DNA of 28,337 bases from Candidatus Thorarchaeota archaeon (GTDB lineage: Archaea; Asgardarchaeota; Thorarchaeia; Thorarchaeales; Thorarchaeaceae), in contig JAEOUG010000092.1 in assembly GCA_016839445.1 (NCBI GenBank), positions 1-28,337 of the forward strand, written 5' to 3'. Position numbers and translations under genes: made by a program. Of this stretch, positions 16,429 to 24,751 are shown piece by piece. Numbering within the stretch: position 1 is the stretch's first letter; each line of letters opens with the position of its first letter. Below the pieces are notes generated by a model. The model had not been told where the DNA came from. It did no database searches and saw only the letters and a list, made by a program, of their open reading frames with translations.

Positions 16429-18186
16429 TCATTTCTCGAAGACCATTGCCTGTGCGAGCCAATCTGGGAGATTTGTTTCAAGAAGACTCTCAATCTCGAC
16501 ACGGGAGGATAACTCGGGAGCGGCTTTCACTCGAGCTGCTCTCTTTGATCCAATCCCAGGTATTGCTTTCCATTGACCCAACGTCATCTTCCGGGGAGAG
16601 AGGGGATACGGAAGGACTGTGACGGACCGTGGGCCGTGGTCTACAACGAGGACATTGGCAACCTCCATGTTTGAAGTGCCTGCAGGCATCTGACAGAGTA
16701 ATGGATAGGTCCCCAGTTGCCTCATGAGAAGGTTGTTTCCCTCTTCCTTCTCCACGAATACCCTGCTAAGAACAGTGCCCCTGGGAGCAACGCGTCTGAT
16801 CATTTCGAGGTCTATCTCTTTCCGGACGGTCTCTCGATGTGTGAAGAACTCGTTTCTCTTGATTGCGGAACGTGTCTTCGTGTCCATCCTCGTACCTGCA
16901 AGTCCAATCACCTGACGAATGTTGATGCGCCTCACCATTAGTTCCGACTTGACAAGATCTCTCAAGAACTCGAGATTGTACGAGAGTGTTCTCTTGCTCT
17001 CACCAGGTAATCCGTACAACAGGTTGATTCCCGGAAGTAGGTGAGGAAGGCCTCCAGGTTCTCTCTGAGACCCCACTTCGTTCAGGACTCTGATTGCCTC
17101 AAGCACTTCCTCTTCGTCGGCCTTGAGGTTGTTTCTCCGAATCACCTCTGGGTCAAGGGACTCGACGCCAAAGGCGGCGACATCTCCAGGAGTGTGGTAC
17201 TTGACAATGACACGTGCTGCTTCTCTAGACTCCTCTGGATGGCGGGCAACAGTCCCCGGGTTGACGTTGTCTATGTGCAAGACATCAAGGCCGGGGGCGG
17301 ACTTCCGAATGCCCGAAAAGAAGCCCTCGAGGAACTCTGGATTGGGGGTGGGGAATTCCTCCTCACCCATCTCGGTAGAACCGTAGGTGAAGAGGTCAGC
17401 TTGGCTGCCAATCCTGAATGCCCTGACTCCAGAGGCGTATAGGGCCGCAATCTCTGCACAGACATCCTCGGGCCTACGCTGAAGTGGTTCTCCATAGGAC
17501 GGCTCAACGCAGAAGGAGCACCCACCAGTAAGGAATCTTGGACACCCCCGATAGGTCTCAATCTCGCAGATGAGGTGTTTCCTAGCCATGTTGGGGTGTG
17601 CCGCCACAAGCCTAGCTCCTCGTACCGCATACTCCTCAGACGACTCCAATGACTCTCTCACAGCTCCAAGATACAGGTCAGAGAGACCCCAACTGGAGCC
17701 TGCAAGATTCCCCACTACAACCTCAGGATCACCTGTGACTATGTATTCGAATGGAGGGCTTAGGCGCTCGGGACTCAGCGCGAGCTTCCCTCCCTCAAGT
17801 CCGCAGCCGAAGCGAGCCCACGGACCCACAAGCATCTTGGGCACATCAGAGATGAGAGTCGCCGAGAATAGCTCTCTCGCCTCCCTAACTGAGATGGGAG
17901 TCCCACCGAGATACTTCCCAGGGACAATCATTCCTGCAATGAGGATCAGTAGATCACTCCTCGACCAGCGCTCAATGGCTGCGGAGAAGCTGCTCCGTAC
18001 AGAGTCAATCGTCTCATATTGAACATCAGTTCTGGGCGAATGAGTCCAGATTGCACCTGCCAAGTATCTTGGGTACTGACTCAGATACGGAGGCACTCCG
18101 AGGACTGTAGGTTCATCGACATATCCATCTACGATGGTGACTCTTTGCAGACTAACCCCACTCCCTGAAGCTGTCGTATCCATCAC
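16429..18186 (-). CDS. Radical SAM protein with C-terminal TRAM-like and helix-hairpin-helix regions (COG1031-type); true start probably near 18150
   Basis: VDGYVDEP..LGVPPY, ETYRGCPRFLTGGCSFC, LHIDNVNP, RRINIRQV and IPGIGSKRA motifs. Confidence 0.88.
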   Translation of the reverse strand: MMDTTASGSGVSLQRVTIVDGYVDEPTVLGVPPYLSQYPRYLAGAIWTHSPRTDVQYETIDSVRSSFSAAIERWSRSDLLILIAGMIVPGKYLGGTPISVREARELFSATLISDVPKMLVGPWARFGCGLEGGKLALSPERLSPPFEYIVTGDPEVVVGNLAGSSWGLSDLYLGAVRESLESSEEYAVRGARLVAAHPNMARKHLICEIETYRGCPRFLTGGCSFCVEPSYGEPLQRRPEDVCAEIAALYASGVRAFRIGSQADLFTYGSTEMGEEEFPTPNPEFLEGFFSGIRKSAPGLDVLHIDNVNPGTVARHPEESREAARVIVKYHTPGDVAAFGVESLDPEVIRRNNLKADEEEVLEAIRVLNEVGSQREPGGLPHLLPGINLLYGLPGESKRTLSYNLEFLRDLVKSELMVRRINIRQVIGLAGTRMDTKTRSAIKRNEFFTHRETVRKEIDLEMIRRVAPRGTVLSRVFVEKEEGNNLLMRQLGTYPLLCQMPAGTSNMEVANVLVVDHGPRSVTVLPYPLSPRKMTLGQWKAIPGIGSKRAARVKAAPELSSRVEIESLLETNLPDWLAQAMVFEK

Positions 18187-19144
18187 GAGGTACTGTTACA
18201 TACCCCTCTGGGCCTTCGTACTTCACCCCGGTCCCGGACTCAACATGTCCTATCTCGACTAGCGTCCCTCCCGTGTGCTCTGCTAGTTCCTCTGCCATTC
18301 GCCACTTCCCTTGTGGCACGGTCATCACCGGTATGAACTCCTCTCCCCCCTGCATTACAAGCTTCATCTCATCCATGAAGTGCATCCTGGCAAAGACTTC
18401 AACTCCTGCCGCGGCGGGGAGTCTGTCAACCACGAAAGCGGCGCCGCTATGGGCAGCCATTGTGTTCAAAGTCTTGCCCAGCCCGTCGCTGGAATCCATA
18501 CAGGACGACAAGACTCCAGCCTCTGCAAGAGCGGGGATGAGCCCGAAATTAAGCTCCGGGCGGTATGCCTCCGCAATGGCTCTCTTCTTCAGCGCTTCCT
18601 CAGCCTCTAGGCCATTGAGAAGAACCTGATAGGCTACTGAGGTCAATCCAAAGCGCTTGGAGACTGCTATGACATCTCCATCTTGTGCGCCACCTCGCTT
18701 GATGATGTGTGCAGGGTTGACAGTCGCAAGGGCAACACCCGTTAGGACGACATCTGACGACATACCAAGGTCTCCGCCAATGAAGGGCACTTGCGACTTT
18801 GTGCAGAACTGGGAGAACCCCCTCACAATCTCTACTGCGTTTTCACTAGACAATTCATCAGGGGCACAGAGCGAGAGCATTGTTGCGCTGGGCCGACCAC
18901 CCTTGGCAAGAAGATCGCTTACTGCCATGACCGCAGTCTTCCGGCCGGCTTGGGCCCAGGTCATACCAGGCAGCAGGTCTGTATCTGCCACAAACGTGTC
19001 TACATTGATTAGAATACTGTGAGCGTCTGAAACGGGAATGTCAGAGGCGTCCTCGTCGAATCCAAGACGGGCATTCTTGGCCATTCTCGTGTAGTCCCTG
19101 ATGAGACTTAGAAGACCTGATTCACCAATCTCACTGACCTTCAT
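18152..19144 (-). CDS. thiL: Thiamine-monophosphate kinase
   Basis: IGESGL, SDLLAKGG, IGGD, MDSSDGL and GGEEF motifs. Confidence 0.93.
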   Translation of the reverse strand: MKVSEIGESGLLSLIRDYTRMAKNARLGFDEDASDIPVSDAHSILINVDTFVADTDLLPGMTWAQAGRKTAVMAVSDLLAKGGRPSATMLSLCAPDELSSENAVEIVRGFSQFCTKSQVPFIGGDLGMSSDVVLTGVALATVNPAHIIKRGGAQDGDVIAVSKRFGLTSVAYQVLLNGLEAEEALKKRAIAEAYRPELNFGLIPALAEAGVLSSCMDSSDGLGKTLNTMAAHSGAAFVVDRLPAAAGVEVFARMHFMDEMKLVMQGGEEFIPVMTVPQGKWRMAEELAEHTGGTLVEIGHVESGTGVKYEGPEGYVTVPRDGYDSFREWG

Positions 19145-19255
19145 TGTGAGCCGTCACCCAGAAGGCGAAGCCCCAATCCGCGTATTAAATCATCGAAACT
19201 CCCGGGGCAGCAACATAACCTTTTATAGCGACTGAGAGAGGATGCCGAGATTGTA

Positions 19256-19331
19256 GCCTCGGTGGCTCAGGGGTTAGAGCGTCTGCCTCGTAAGCAGAAT
19301 GCCGCGGGTTCGAATCCCGCCCGGGGCTCCA
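19256..19331 (+). tRNA. tRNA-Thr(CGT), CCA encoded
   Basis: GCCTCGG/CCGGGGC-T-CCA acceptor, TCTGC CTCGTAA GCAGA anticodon arm; TTTTATA at 19221-19227. Confidence 0.97.
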
Positions 19332-19473
19332 TTTCTCGTGCCCGTTTTCTCTTCACATAGAGAGTGCACCCTCAGAAGGGGCATCCTGGGCGTTCCAAAG
19401 GCACTTTTCGGCCTGTGCAGGTTTCCATATCCCTATATGTCAACTCCTCGGGTATTGCTGAAAGGTGAAATAA

Positions 19474-19557
19474 ATGAAAGATAATAGAGAAAGAAAGGCC
19501 CAGAATAAGGCCTCGAAGACCAGCATCTTTGAGTGGCTGGCAGGCACTACCAGATAA
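19474..19557 (+). CDS. Candidate 27-aa small protein MKDNRERKAQNKASKTSIFEWLAGTTR
   Basis: AGGTGA ribosome-binding site 5 nt before the ATG, TATA-like CTATATG at 19433-19439, hairpin downstream. No homology evidence. Confidence 0.45.
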   Translation: MKDNRERKAQNKASKTSIFEWLAGTTR

Positions 19558-19579
19558 TCCTCGTAGTGCGGAATCAACG

Positions 19580-19619
19580 AGAACAGAAGGCATAGTCCCT
19601 AGGCGGACTCCCTCTGTTC
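19580..19619. terminator. Hairpin between the small ORF and the convergent hydA end
   Basis: GAACAGA...AGTCC-CTAGGC-GGACT...TCTGTTC. Confidence 0.4.
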
Positions 19620-19657
19620 CGTGCAACATCTCAATCTTGAAGTGACAGACTCCGACG

Positions 19658-21049
19658 CTAAAGATGGCCATGGGCCTTCCTCTTGAAGAATCGGCCATGA
19701 CCAACCTGCCCGACAAACCTGCCATCCTTGGCCACAATCTCTCCACGTGAGATTGTCACGCTTGGATACCCAGTAAGCTTCCAGCCTTGATAGGGGCTCC
19801 AGTCGCAGTTGGTCTGCAGATTCTCGGCCTTCAGTGTGACCTTCTTCTCAGGATTGAAGACTACTAGGTCTGCATCTGCTCCAACAGCCACAGTCCCCTT
19901 CTCCGGGTACAGCCCGAAGAGCTTGGCAGGATTAGAGCTAACCAGAGAAACAAGGTGGTTCACTGACCAGCCCCGCTTTCCAACACCCTCAGTGTACATC
20001 AACGGCACCATGGTTTCGACACCAGGCATTCCGAAGGGGATCTTGCGGAAGTCTCCATTCCATGCAGCCTTCTGTTCAGTTGTGAACGTGCAAGTATCGG
20101 TCGCCACAATCTGAACGTCACCGGTTGCCAGACCCTTCCAGAGTCGTTCATTGTCATGAGGCTTCTTCACTTGTGGGCAGGTAGCATAGAGATGGCCATC
20201 CTTCTGCTTGAATACGTCATCGTTCAGTAGCAGATACTGAGGACAGGTTTCAGCGTAGACTCGGACTCCTCGTTGCTTTGCCGCATGCACCGCATCAGCG
20301 GCCTCACCCGTAGACATGTGCACAATGTAGAGCTGACCGCCAGTGACCTCAGCCCACTTGATTGCCCGGACAACTGCCTCTTCTTCGGTAACGCATGGAC
20401 GAGAGAGCGTATGTCCATAGGCACCCCACTTCTCCTTTTCAGCTGCGTACCGCTCAACAAGCATGTCCAGGACGAAGACACTCTCTGCGTGGACCCCAAT
20501 ATGCCCACCCCACTTCGCCGTCTCCTCCAGGGCACTGTAGAGCATGCCATCATCTGCCATCCATCCCTCGTTCTTGTAGATCATGAACATCTTGAAGGTG
20601 GGAATGCCATAGTCGATGACCTTCTTGATTTCAGCCTGGGTTTCGGGATTCCAATCAGTTATGGCGGCATGGAGACCATAGTCAATGCAGACCTTGGGAT
20701 CCGCTTCTGCGCGTCGGGCCTTCACCGCATCCATTATGGGCTTGCCCTTTGTCTGGATTGCGAAGTCGATTACTGTGGTAACGCCACCACATGCTGCCGC
20801 CTTCGTGCCATTCTCGAAGTCGTCAGCGGATATGGTGCCTGAGAAAGGGAGTTGAAGATGTACATGAACATCTATGCCGCCGGGAAGCACATACTGACCG
20901 CTTGCATCGACAGTCGTATCGCCTAACCCATCCTCCAAGTTCTTGGAGATTGTGGCAATCTTCCCTTCTTTCACGCCAATGTCAGCCTCAAATGAGTCCG
21001 ACTCTGTCACCACTCTTCCGCTCTTGATAATCAGATCATACTCGGCCAT
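19658..21049 (-). CDS. hydA: Dihydropyrimidinase (D-hydantoinase)
   Basis: PGGIDVHVH, GGVTTVIDF, FKMFM (carbamylated Lys), HAE, VHMS and ATD motifs. ATG at 21049 is preceded by GGAGGT. Confidence 0.95.
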   Translation of the reverse strand: MAEYDLIIKSGRVVTESDSFEADIGVKEGKIATISKNLEDGLGDTTVDASGQYVLPGGIDVHVHLQLPFSGTISADDFENGTKAAACGGVTTVIDFAIQTKGKPIMDAVKARRAEADPKVCIDYGLHAAITDWNPETQAEIKKVIDYGIPTFKMFMIYKNEGWMADDGMLYSALEETAKWGGHIGVHAESVFVLDMLVERYAAEKEKWGAYGHTLSRPCVTEEEAVVRAIKWAEVTGGQLYIVHMSTGEAADAVHAAKQRGVRVYAETCPQYLLLNDDVFKQKDGHLYATCPQVKKPHDNERLWKGLATGDVQIVATDTCTFTTEQKAAWNGDFRKIPFGMPGVETMVPLMYTEGVGKRGWSVNHLVSLVSSNPAKLFGLYPEKGTVAVGADADLVVFNPEKKVTLKAENLQTNCDWSPYQGWKLTGYPSVTISRGEIVAKDGRFVGQVGHGRFFKRKAHGHL

Positions 21050-21146
21050 TAGCTGACCTCCCAAAGCAGGTACACATCCATCCATAAATGGGTTGGCAAA
21101 AAGTGTATATGACGGGGACAGAGTGGGTAGTTCCACTGCTCGTAAG

Positions 21147-22022
21147 GTGAGTAACTTGAGGAAGGTACGTGTTGGACTTGTCCAGGCCTCCTGGGAAGGC
21201 GACGTCAAAGACGACGAGGCGATTGAGAAGAACATAGAGAGAATGATACAGAAGCATGAGAGATTCATTGCAGAGGCCGCAAAGGAGGGTGTGCAGATGC
21301 TCTGCTTCCAAGAGCTGTTTTACGGCCCTTACTTCTGCGCAGAACAAGATAGACGCTGGTACAAGTACACAGAGCCAATTCCAGGGCCAATCACTGAACG
21401 CATGGCAAAGCATGCCAAGAAGCACAAGATGGTGATAGTAGTCCCCATCTATGAGAAGGCAGACGAGGGAATCTACTACAATACAGCTGCCGTCATTGAC
21501 GCTGATGGCACATTACTGGGCAAGTTCAGGAAAATGCACATCCCTCACCTGGATCCTGGATTCTGGGAGAAGTTCTACTTCCGGCCCGGAAACCTTGGCT
21601 ACCCTGTGTTTGAGACCGCCTATGGAAGGGTTGGCGTTTACATCTGCTATGACCGGCACTTCCCAGAGGGCGCGCGGGCGTTGGGCCTCAACGGGGCAGA
21701 GATTGTGTTCAACCCATCCGCGACCGTGGCGGGGCTCTCAGAACATCTCTGGACACTCGAGCAACCAGCCCATGCAGTGGCCAACGGATACTTCATAGCC
21801 GCCATCAACAGAGTCGGAGAGGAGCCATGGAAGACTGGCATCTTCTACGGGAGTTCATATGTAGCGAATCCAAGAGGAGAGATACTCAAGAAGGGATCGA
21901 GAGACAAGGATGAGCTCGTCGTGGTGGACGTGGACCTTGACATGATTACTGAGGTTCGCAACACTTGGCAATTCTATCGTGATCGCCGACCTGAAACATA
22001 TGGCGACCTTACGGAGCTATGA
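21147..22022 (+). CDS. Nitrilase-superfamily beta-ureidopropionase (N-carbamoyl-beta-alanine amidohydrolase)
   Basis: E-K-C triad in FQELF, RKMHIP and ICYDRHF; FWEKFYF and RDRRP motifs. Substrate assigned from gene context. Start GTG 21147 or TTG 21156. Confidence 0.88.
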   Translation: MSNLRKVRVGLVQASWEGDVKDDEAIEKNIERMIQKHERFIAEAAKEGVQMLCFQELFYGPYFCAEQDRRWYKYTEPIPGPITERMAKHAKKHKMVIVVPIYEKADEGIYYNTAAVIDADGTLLGKFRKMHIPHLDPGFWEKFYFRPGNLGYPVFETAYGRVGVYICYDRHFPEGARALGLNGAEIVFNPSATVAGLSEHLWTLEQPAHAVANGYFIAAINRVGEEPWKTGIFYGSSYVANPRGEILKKGSRDKDELVVVDVDLDMITEVRNTWQFYRDRRPETYGDLTEL

Positions 22023-22026
22023 ATCT

Positions 22027-23373
22027 TCAGAGCATCTTCTCGGCCTCGGTCAGTGCCTTATCGAGGATATCGCAGGCGCGTTCAATCTGGTCCGTAGTCA
22101 GCTCAAGCGGCGGTTGAATGCGAATAACGTTTCCATCGAAGCCGCCCTTACCGATAAGCAGTCCATCTACTTTGCATAGCTCCATGACCTTTGCCATCTC
22201 CTTGGTTGCAGGCTCCTTCGTGGTCCGGTCTCGAACGAGCTCGACTCCAATCATCATTCCCTGACCTCGAACCTCTCCGATGATCTTGTGGTCGTCCATC
22301 ATAGACCGCAGTCGACTCTTGAGATGTTCTCCGGCCTTGTATGCCTTCTCGAGGTAGCCGCTCTCCTGAATGATCTCAATGACAGCTACAGCAGCAGCAC
22401 AACTCAGTGGATTACCGCCAAAGGTGGCAAAGCTATCTGTGACTGTGTAGTTGGCCGCATACTCAGGACGCGTGATGAAACCACCTATCGGGATTCCTCC
22501 GCCAAATCCCTTGGCCATAGTGATGACGTCCGGCTCCACATCGCTCTGATGAATCCCCCACCACTTCCTCCCTGTGCGTCCAAAGCCGGTCTGGACCTCA
22601 TCGGAGATGAACAGGCCGCCAGACTCCTTGACGGTCTCATGTGCGATTTTCAGGTATTCTGGAGGGTGCTTCACGATACCACCGACACCCTGAATCGGCT
22701 CTACGATGAAGGCTGCAATGGCCCGATTGGTCTCCGTCCTTATGACTTCCCTCATGTATCGAGCACATTCAATGTCACACTCGGGATACTCCTTTCCGAA
22801 CTGACAGCGGTAGCAGTAGCCATTTGGCACAAAGCGTACTCCAGGGGGATGCCCCTCGGGGATTGTGCGCCATCCCGCAGTGGACAGCTCCCTCGTCAGA
22901 GTCGTACGACCATGGTATGCATGGTGGCAGGCAATGACATACGGATTCTTCGTGAACTTCCTAGCCATGAAGAGGGCTGCCTCATTGGCCTCTGAGCCAC
23001 TATTGACAATGAATGATAGAGTGAGGCCCTTGGGAGCAATCTCTGCGAGCTTCTTCACAAGGACAGCGTAGGGGACTGTCGCATAGAGTGAACTTGTGTA
23101 CACGAGCTGTTCAGCCTGATACTTCAGGGTCGCTACAAACTTGGGATGAGAGTATCCTGTGATGGTCGTACAGATCCCCGCAAACAGGTCGATATACTCC
23201 TTGCCAGTGTGGTCCACGAGCGTTGCCCCTTCCCCACCAACGAAGAGCAGGGGCCGCTCATAGTAGTGCGCCACTGCTGGAGCGAGATGCTTCTTCTCGA
23301 TATCGAGGATTTCTTTGTCGCTATATTTCGCCCGCAAGTCCTTTGGCACAAGTTCGTCATTCATTGTCTTCAC
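22027..23373 (-). CDS. Class III PLP aminotransferase, AGXT2-like (probable beta-alanine aminotransferase)
   Basis: NSGSEANE, YHG.T, EPIQGVGG, DEVQTGFGRTG, MAKG and TFGGNP motifs. Substrate assigned from gene context. Confidence 0.88.
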   Translation of the reverse strand: MKTMNDELVPKDLRAKYSDKEILDIEKKHLAPAVAHYYERPLLFVGGEGATLVDHTGKEYIDLFAGICTTITGYSHPKFVATLKYQAEQLVYTSSLYATVPYAVLVKKLAEIAPKGLTLSFIVNSGSEANEAALFMARKFTKNPYVIACHHAYHGRTTLTRELSTAGWRTIPEGHPPGVRFVPNGYCYRCQFGKEYPECDIECARYMREVIRTETNRAIAAFIVEPIQGVGGIVKHPPEYLKIAHETVKESGGLFISDEVQTGFGRTGRKWWGIHQSDVEPDVITMAKGFGGGIPIGGFITRPEYAANYTVTDSFATFGGNPLSCAAAVAVIEIIQESGYLEKAYKAGEHLKSRLRSMMDDHKIIGEVRGQGMMIGVELVRDRTTKEPATKEMAKVMELCKVDGLLIGKGGFDGNVIRIQPPLELTTDQIERACDILDKALTEAEKML

Positions 23374-23462
23374 CTCGGTTGTAGAGGGGTTCCTGTCATG
23401 TACCTGCCCTCCTAAAGACTTTAGGGCAGAGAGGACTACACTTTGAGAGCCTAGGAGATGAA

Positions 23463-24677
23463 GTGACCTTGGACAAGCTGGAAGTCGAATTCGCAGGGTT
23501 GCGATTCAGGAACCCCTTCATGCTATCCTCAGCCCCTCCTGCCATGGACGCCCGACATATTCTGCGTGCAGCACGTCTTGGCTGGGGTGGAGCAGTCATC
23601 AAGACTGTCACTGAGGAGCCAACTGTTGACCCGAGGGTTCGTCTAGGTGCCCTTCGGCAAGGTAAGAATCTGATTGGCATGAACAACATAGAGTTGCTCT
23701 CCAGAGAGCCGCTAAAGACCTGGACCGATGACTGGATTCCTACAATAAAGAGAGAGGCACCTGAGGACTTCATCTTGGTCGCAAGTATCATGAGTAGTCC
23801 TGAGCCCGAAGGGTGGGAGGCCTTGGCCTCGACAATGACGGCTGCAGGAGCAGATGCCATTGAGCTGAACGTCTCATGTCCGCATGGATCCCCAGAGAAG
23901 CACATGGGAGCGTTCATCGGTCAGAATCCCGACCTTGTGAAGGATGTCACTCGAGCAGCACGGAAGGGGACAGACCTCCCGCTTCTCGTGAAGCTCACTC
24001 CGAATGTGACTGATATGGTTCCCATAGCAGAAGCGGCAATCGAAGGTGGCGCCGATGGGCTCTCAGCAATAAACACGGTGGAGTCCCTCATTGGCATCGA
24101 CGTAGAAACTGCCACACCGCATCCGTTTGCCTATGGGGATGCTCCTTCAGAACCGATGAGCACCTATGGAGGATTCTGCGGTCCATCTGTACGGCCCATT
24201 GGGTTGAGATTTGTGTCCCAGATTGCACGAGCGTTTCCTGGAACACCAATCTCGGGAATCGGGGGAATAGAGGACTGGCACAGCGCAGTGGAGTACCTCA
24301 TGGTTGGAGCCAGCACATTACAGATCTGCACCGCGGCGATGTGGATGGGCTACGGGATCATCAAGGAGATGCTAGAAGGGATTGGCCAGTTCATGGAAAG
24401 GAAGGGCTACGATAGCATCCAGTCTATGGTCGGAAAGGCTCTCCCAAAGATAACATCGTGGACTGCACTCCCGAAACTACCGCCTTTGGTAGCAAAGGTT
24501 TCAGAAGAGAGATGCACAGGCTGTAAGAAGTGTGTCATTGCCTGTGCAGACGGGGGGTATGTGGCGATTCAGATGAGTGGAGGGGTCGCCGTCGTCAAAC
24601 AGGACATATGTGATGGTTGCGGTCTGTGTGCCGTCGTCTGTCCGGACTCAGCCATCGAGTTTGTACACCTGCAGTAG
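23463..24677 (+). CDS. preA: Dihydropyrimidine dehydrogenase subunit PreA/PydA (FMN barrel plus 2x[4Fe-4S])
   Basis: NPF.LSSAPP, NNIELLS, ELNVSCPHG, VKLTPNVT, and the Fe-S motifs CTGCKKCVIAC and CDGCGLCAVVC. Confidence 0.95.
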   Translation: MTLDKLEVEFAGLRFRNPFMLSSAPPAMDARHILRAARLGWGGAVIKTVTEEPTVDPRVRLGALRQGKNLIGMNNIELLSREPLKTWTDDWIPTIKREAPEDFILVASIMSSPEPEGWEALASTMTAAGADAIELNVSCPHGSPEKHMGAFIGQNPDLVKDVTRAARKGTDLPLLVKLTPNVTDMVPIAEAAIEGGADGLSAINTVESLIGIDVETATPHPFAYGDAPSEPMSTYGGFCGPSVRPIGLRFVSQIARAFPGTPISGIGGIEDWHSAVEYLMVGASTLQICTAAMWMGYGIIKEMLEGIGQFMERKGYDSIQSMVGKALPKITSWTALPKLPPLVAKVSEERCTGCKKCVIACADGGYVAIQMSGGVAVVKQDICDGCGLCAVVCPDSAIEFVHLQ

Positions 24678-24751
24678 AGGCGGGTTTGCTTCGCAAGAAT
24701 CAAATAGAGCGCGAGAGAAGAACAGACTCCGCAAAACGGGAAGTGAATGCA

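Noticed and set aside
21050-21268. Long N-terminal extension of hydA overlapping the nitrilase gene; similar extensions on ftsY, mmsA and the 15246 membrane protein
   Set aside because: Longest-ORF artefacts; downstream starts have ribosome-binding sites or TATA boxes and match family N-termini.
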